Origin: a virus
IMG/VR virus record: IMGVR_UViG_3300040801_000957
Span: 1-38,101 of that record
DNA length: 38,101 nt
Reading direction: 5' to 3' (one strand)
The notes beneath the pieces were generated by a model that was given only the letters and a program-made list of their open reading frames with translations, was not told where the DNA came from and searched no databases. Of the stretch, positions 37,356-38,101 are shown one piece after another (positions within the stretch are counted from its first letter, which is position 1; each line of letters starts with the position of its first letter). Position numbers and translations under genes: made by a program.

Positions 37356-37711
37356 TCCTTTGCTCCTATAAAGAATTCTTTTGCTTTAGTTGAGCAAGTG
37401 ATGACTTCAATAACATCCGTCAGCTCAATCTCAGGGACTTCTACAGCAATCCTTGATTCATCTTCGTCCACACCATCCATCGCCACTTGCGACAGACTAC
37501 AAGCTCCTTCCCAGTAGTGAAGTCTACGTGAATTTAATAGCCTGGCGTGTTGCGGACGTTTCTCACCAAGCTCAGCAACGTATCCAATGTGAACACCTGC
37601 GGAATAAGTGCGGATTACGCAATACTTCATTCCATCAACTTCGGGTGCTGTTTGTGCGTCTTTTCTTACGTATTCAATGTTGTCGATCATAATTGTTTGT
37701 GGTTTAGTCAT
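37343..37711 (-). CDS. Conserved hypothetical phage protein (122 aa)
   Basis: YCVIRTYSAGVHIGYV...ARLLNSRRLHYWEGACSLSQVAMDGV...VIEVITCSTKAKE resembles a widespread phage family of unknown function (from memory). Preceded by the conserved junction box. Confidence 0.7.
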   Translation of the reverse strand: MTKPQTIMIDNIEYVRKDAQTAPEVDGMKYCVIRTYSAGVHIGYVAELGEKRPQHARLLNSRRLHYWEGACSLSQVAMDGVDEDESRIAVEVPEIELTDVIEVITCSTKAKEFFIGAKEWKV

Positions 37712-38033
37712 CTTTACCCTCTCTTAGTTTGGCTATGTCCTCTGGACAACCGAATAGTGCAACGCCTACTGTACTTGTTAATTCTATGTAATCTGGGTCA
37801 CCGCTATCGTTTGTTTGTACGTTTTGACACAGGACTCTTAGCCTATATTCCAACTCCTGAACTTTGTCCATGTGACTTTTAAGTTCAGTGGCTAGTGTGT
37901 ACAATAAACAGTCCGCTTGACCAATCGGATTGTATGTAGCCATTCTTAAAGAGGCTTTTATAACCCAGTCTAGGTTAGAAAAGTCGCATTTTTCGGCCTC
38001 ATATTCTCTGATTAATTTATGTATATCACTCAT
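37704..38033 (-). CDS. Hypothetical protein (109 aa); its start lies in the terminal repeat
   Basis: ATG at 38033 (equivalent to position 49) overlaps the stop of 42..314 in the circular map. The C-terminus IAKLREGKDD is shared with 36591..36842. Confidence 0.65.
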   Translation of the reverse strand: MSDIHKLIREYEAEKCDFSNLDWVIKASLRMATYNPIGQADCLLYTLATELKSHMDKVQELEYRLRVLCQNVQTNDSGDPDYIELTSTVGVALFGCPEDIAKLREGKDD

Positions 38034-38101
38034 GATTCATCCTTTTTAATCTGTCTGCTATAAAATCCTGAACAGTTCCTTTATATTGCCACCGCGCATA
38101 A
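37985..38101. repeat. Terminal direct repeat, copy 2 (identical to 1..117)
   Basis: Same 117-bp string as the window start. It is either an assembly overlap of a circular or terminally redundant molecule, or a true short DTR. Confidence 0.95.

Larger units (their letters stand above)
1..38101. mobile_element. Complete tailed-phage genome (podovirus-like: P22-type portal/coat/gp4/gp10 genes plus lambdoid O/P/nin genes), circularly closing
   Basis: Full set of packaging, head, tail-hub, fiber, lysis, replication and recombination genes. The two ends are identical over 117 bp, and a gene reads continuously across the junction. Confidence 0.8.

Noticed and set aside
1-38101. Lysogeny module (integrase, CI repressor, attP) or defence/anti-defence systems with known signatures
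   Set aside because: No ORF shows tyrosine or serine recombinase, CI-type peptidase-HTH, RT, nuclease-ATPase or methyltransferase motifs that I can recognise by eye. The absence is provisional until profile searches are run.

Overview
The window is one complete tailed-phage genome that closes on itself. Bases 1..117 are repeated exactly at 37985..38101, leaving 37,984 unique bp. About 75 tightly packed, often translationally coupled genes lie on the minus strand. Only three genes are on the plus strand (6040..7376): a Cro-like HTH protein, a lambda-O-like initiator and a lambda-P-like protein. They diverge from back-to-back sigma70-type promoters at 5936..5999. Read along the minus strand across the circular junction, the order is as follows. 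(1) Early genes: an acidic 160-aa protein, a Gp157-like protein, a Rad52/Sak-like annealase, SSB, NinB, NinG and many small unknowns. (2) A (Gly-X)n repeat protein, followed by an AT-rich regulatory gap. (3) TerS, TerL, a large P22-type portal and a 753-aa unknown. (4) An inserted block holding a DUF2341/LamG-like repeat protein and a lysis cassette: small membrane proteins, a spanin-like pair, a 3-TM holin and an M15 peptidase. (5) Scaffold and a P22-type coat gene with its own terminator, promoter and long leader. (6) A gp4-like adaptor, a fiber-like protein, a gp10-like tail hub and another fiber. (7) Four large proteins in the ejection-protein slot, two of them extremely Q/N/G-rich. (8) A further fiber, a glycine-rich domain protein and small membrane proteins. 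I recognised no integrase, CI-type repressor, polymerase, tRNA, CRISPR array or reverse transcriptase. The most interesting items are these: palindromic iterons inside the O-like gene (candidate ori); a roughly 44-unit Gly-X silk-like early protein; a leader ORF with alternative hairpins; a paralogous 65-aa pair flanking a 2-TM protein upstream of the lysis genes; a nucleotide-conserved junction box used in all three reading frames; the lysis cassette embedded in the head module; and prion-like Q/N-rich virion proteins. All family assignments come from motif recognition by eye and from remembered reference sequences. No searches were run.
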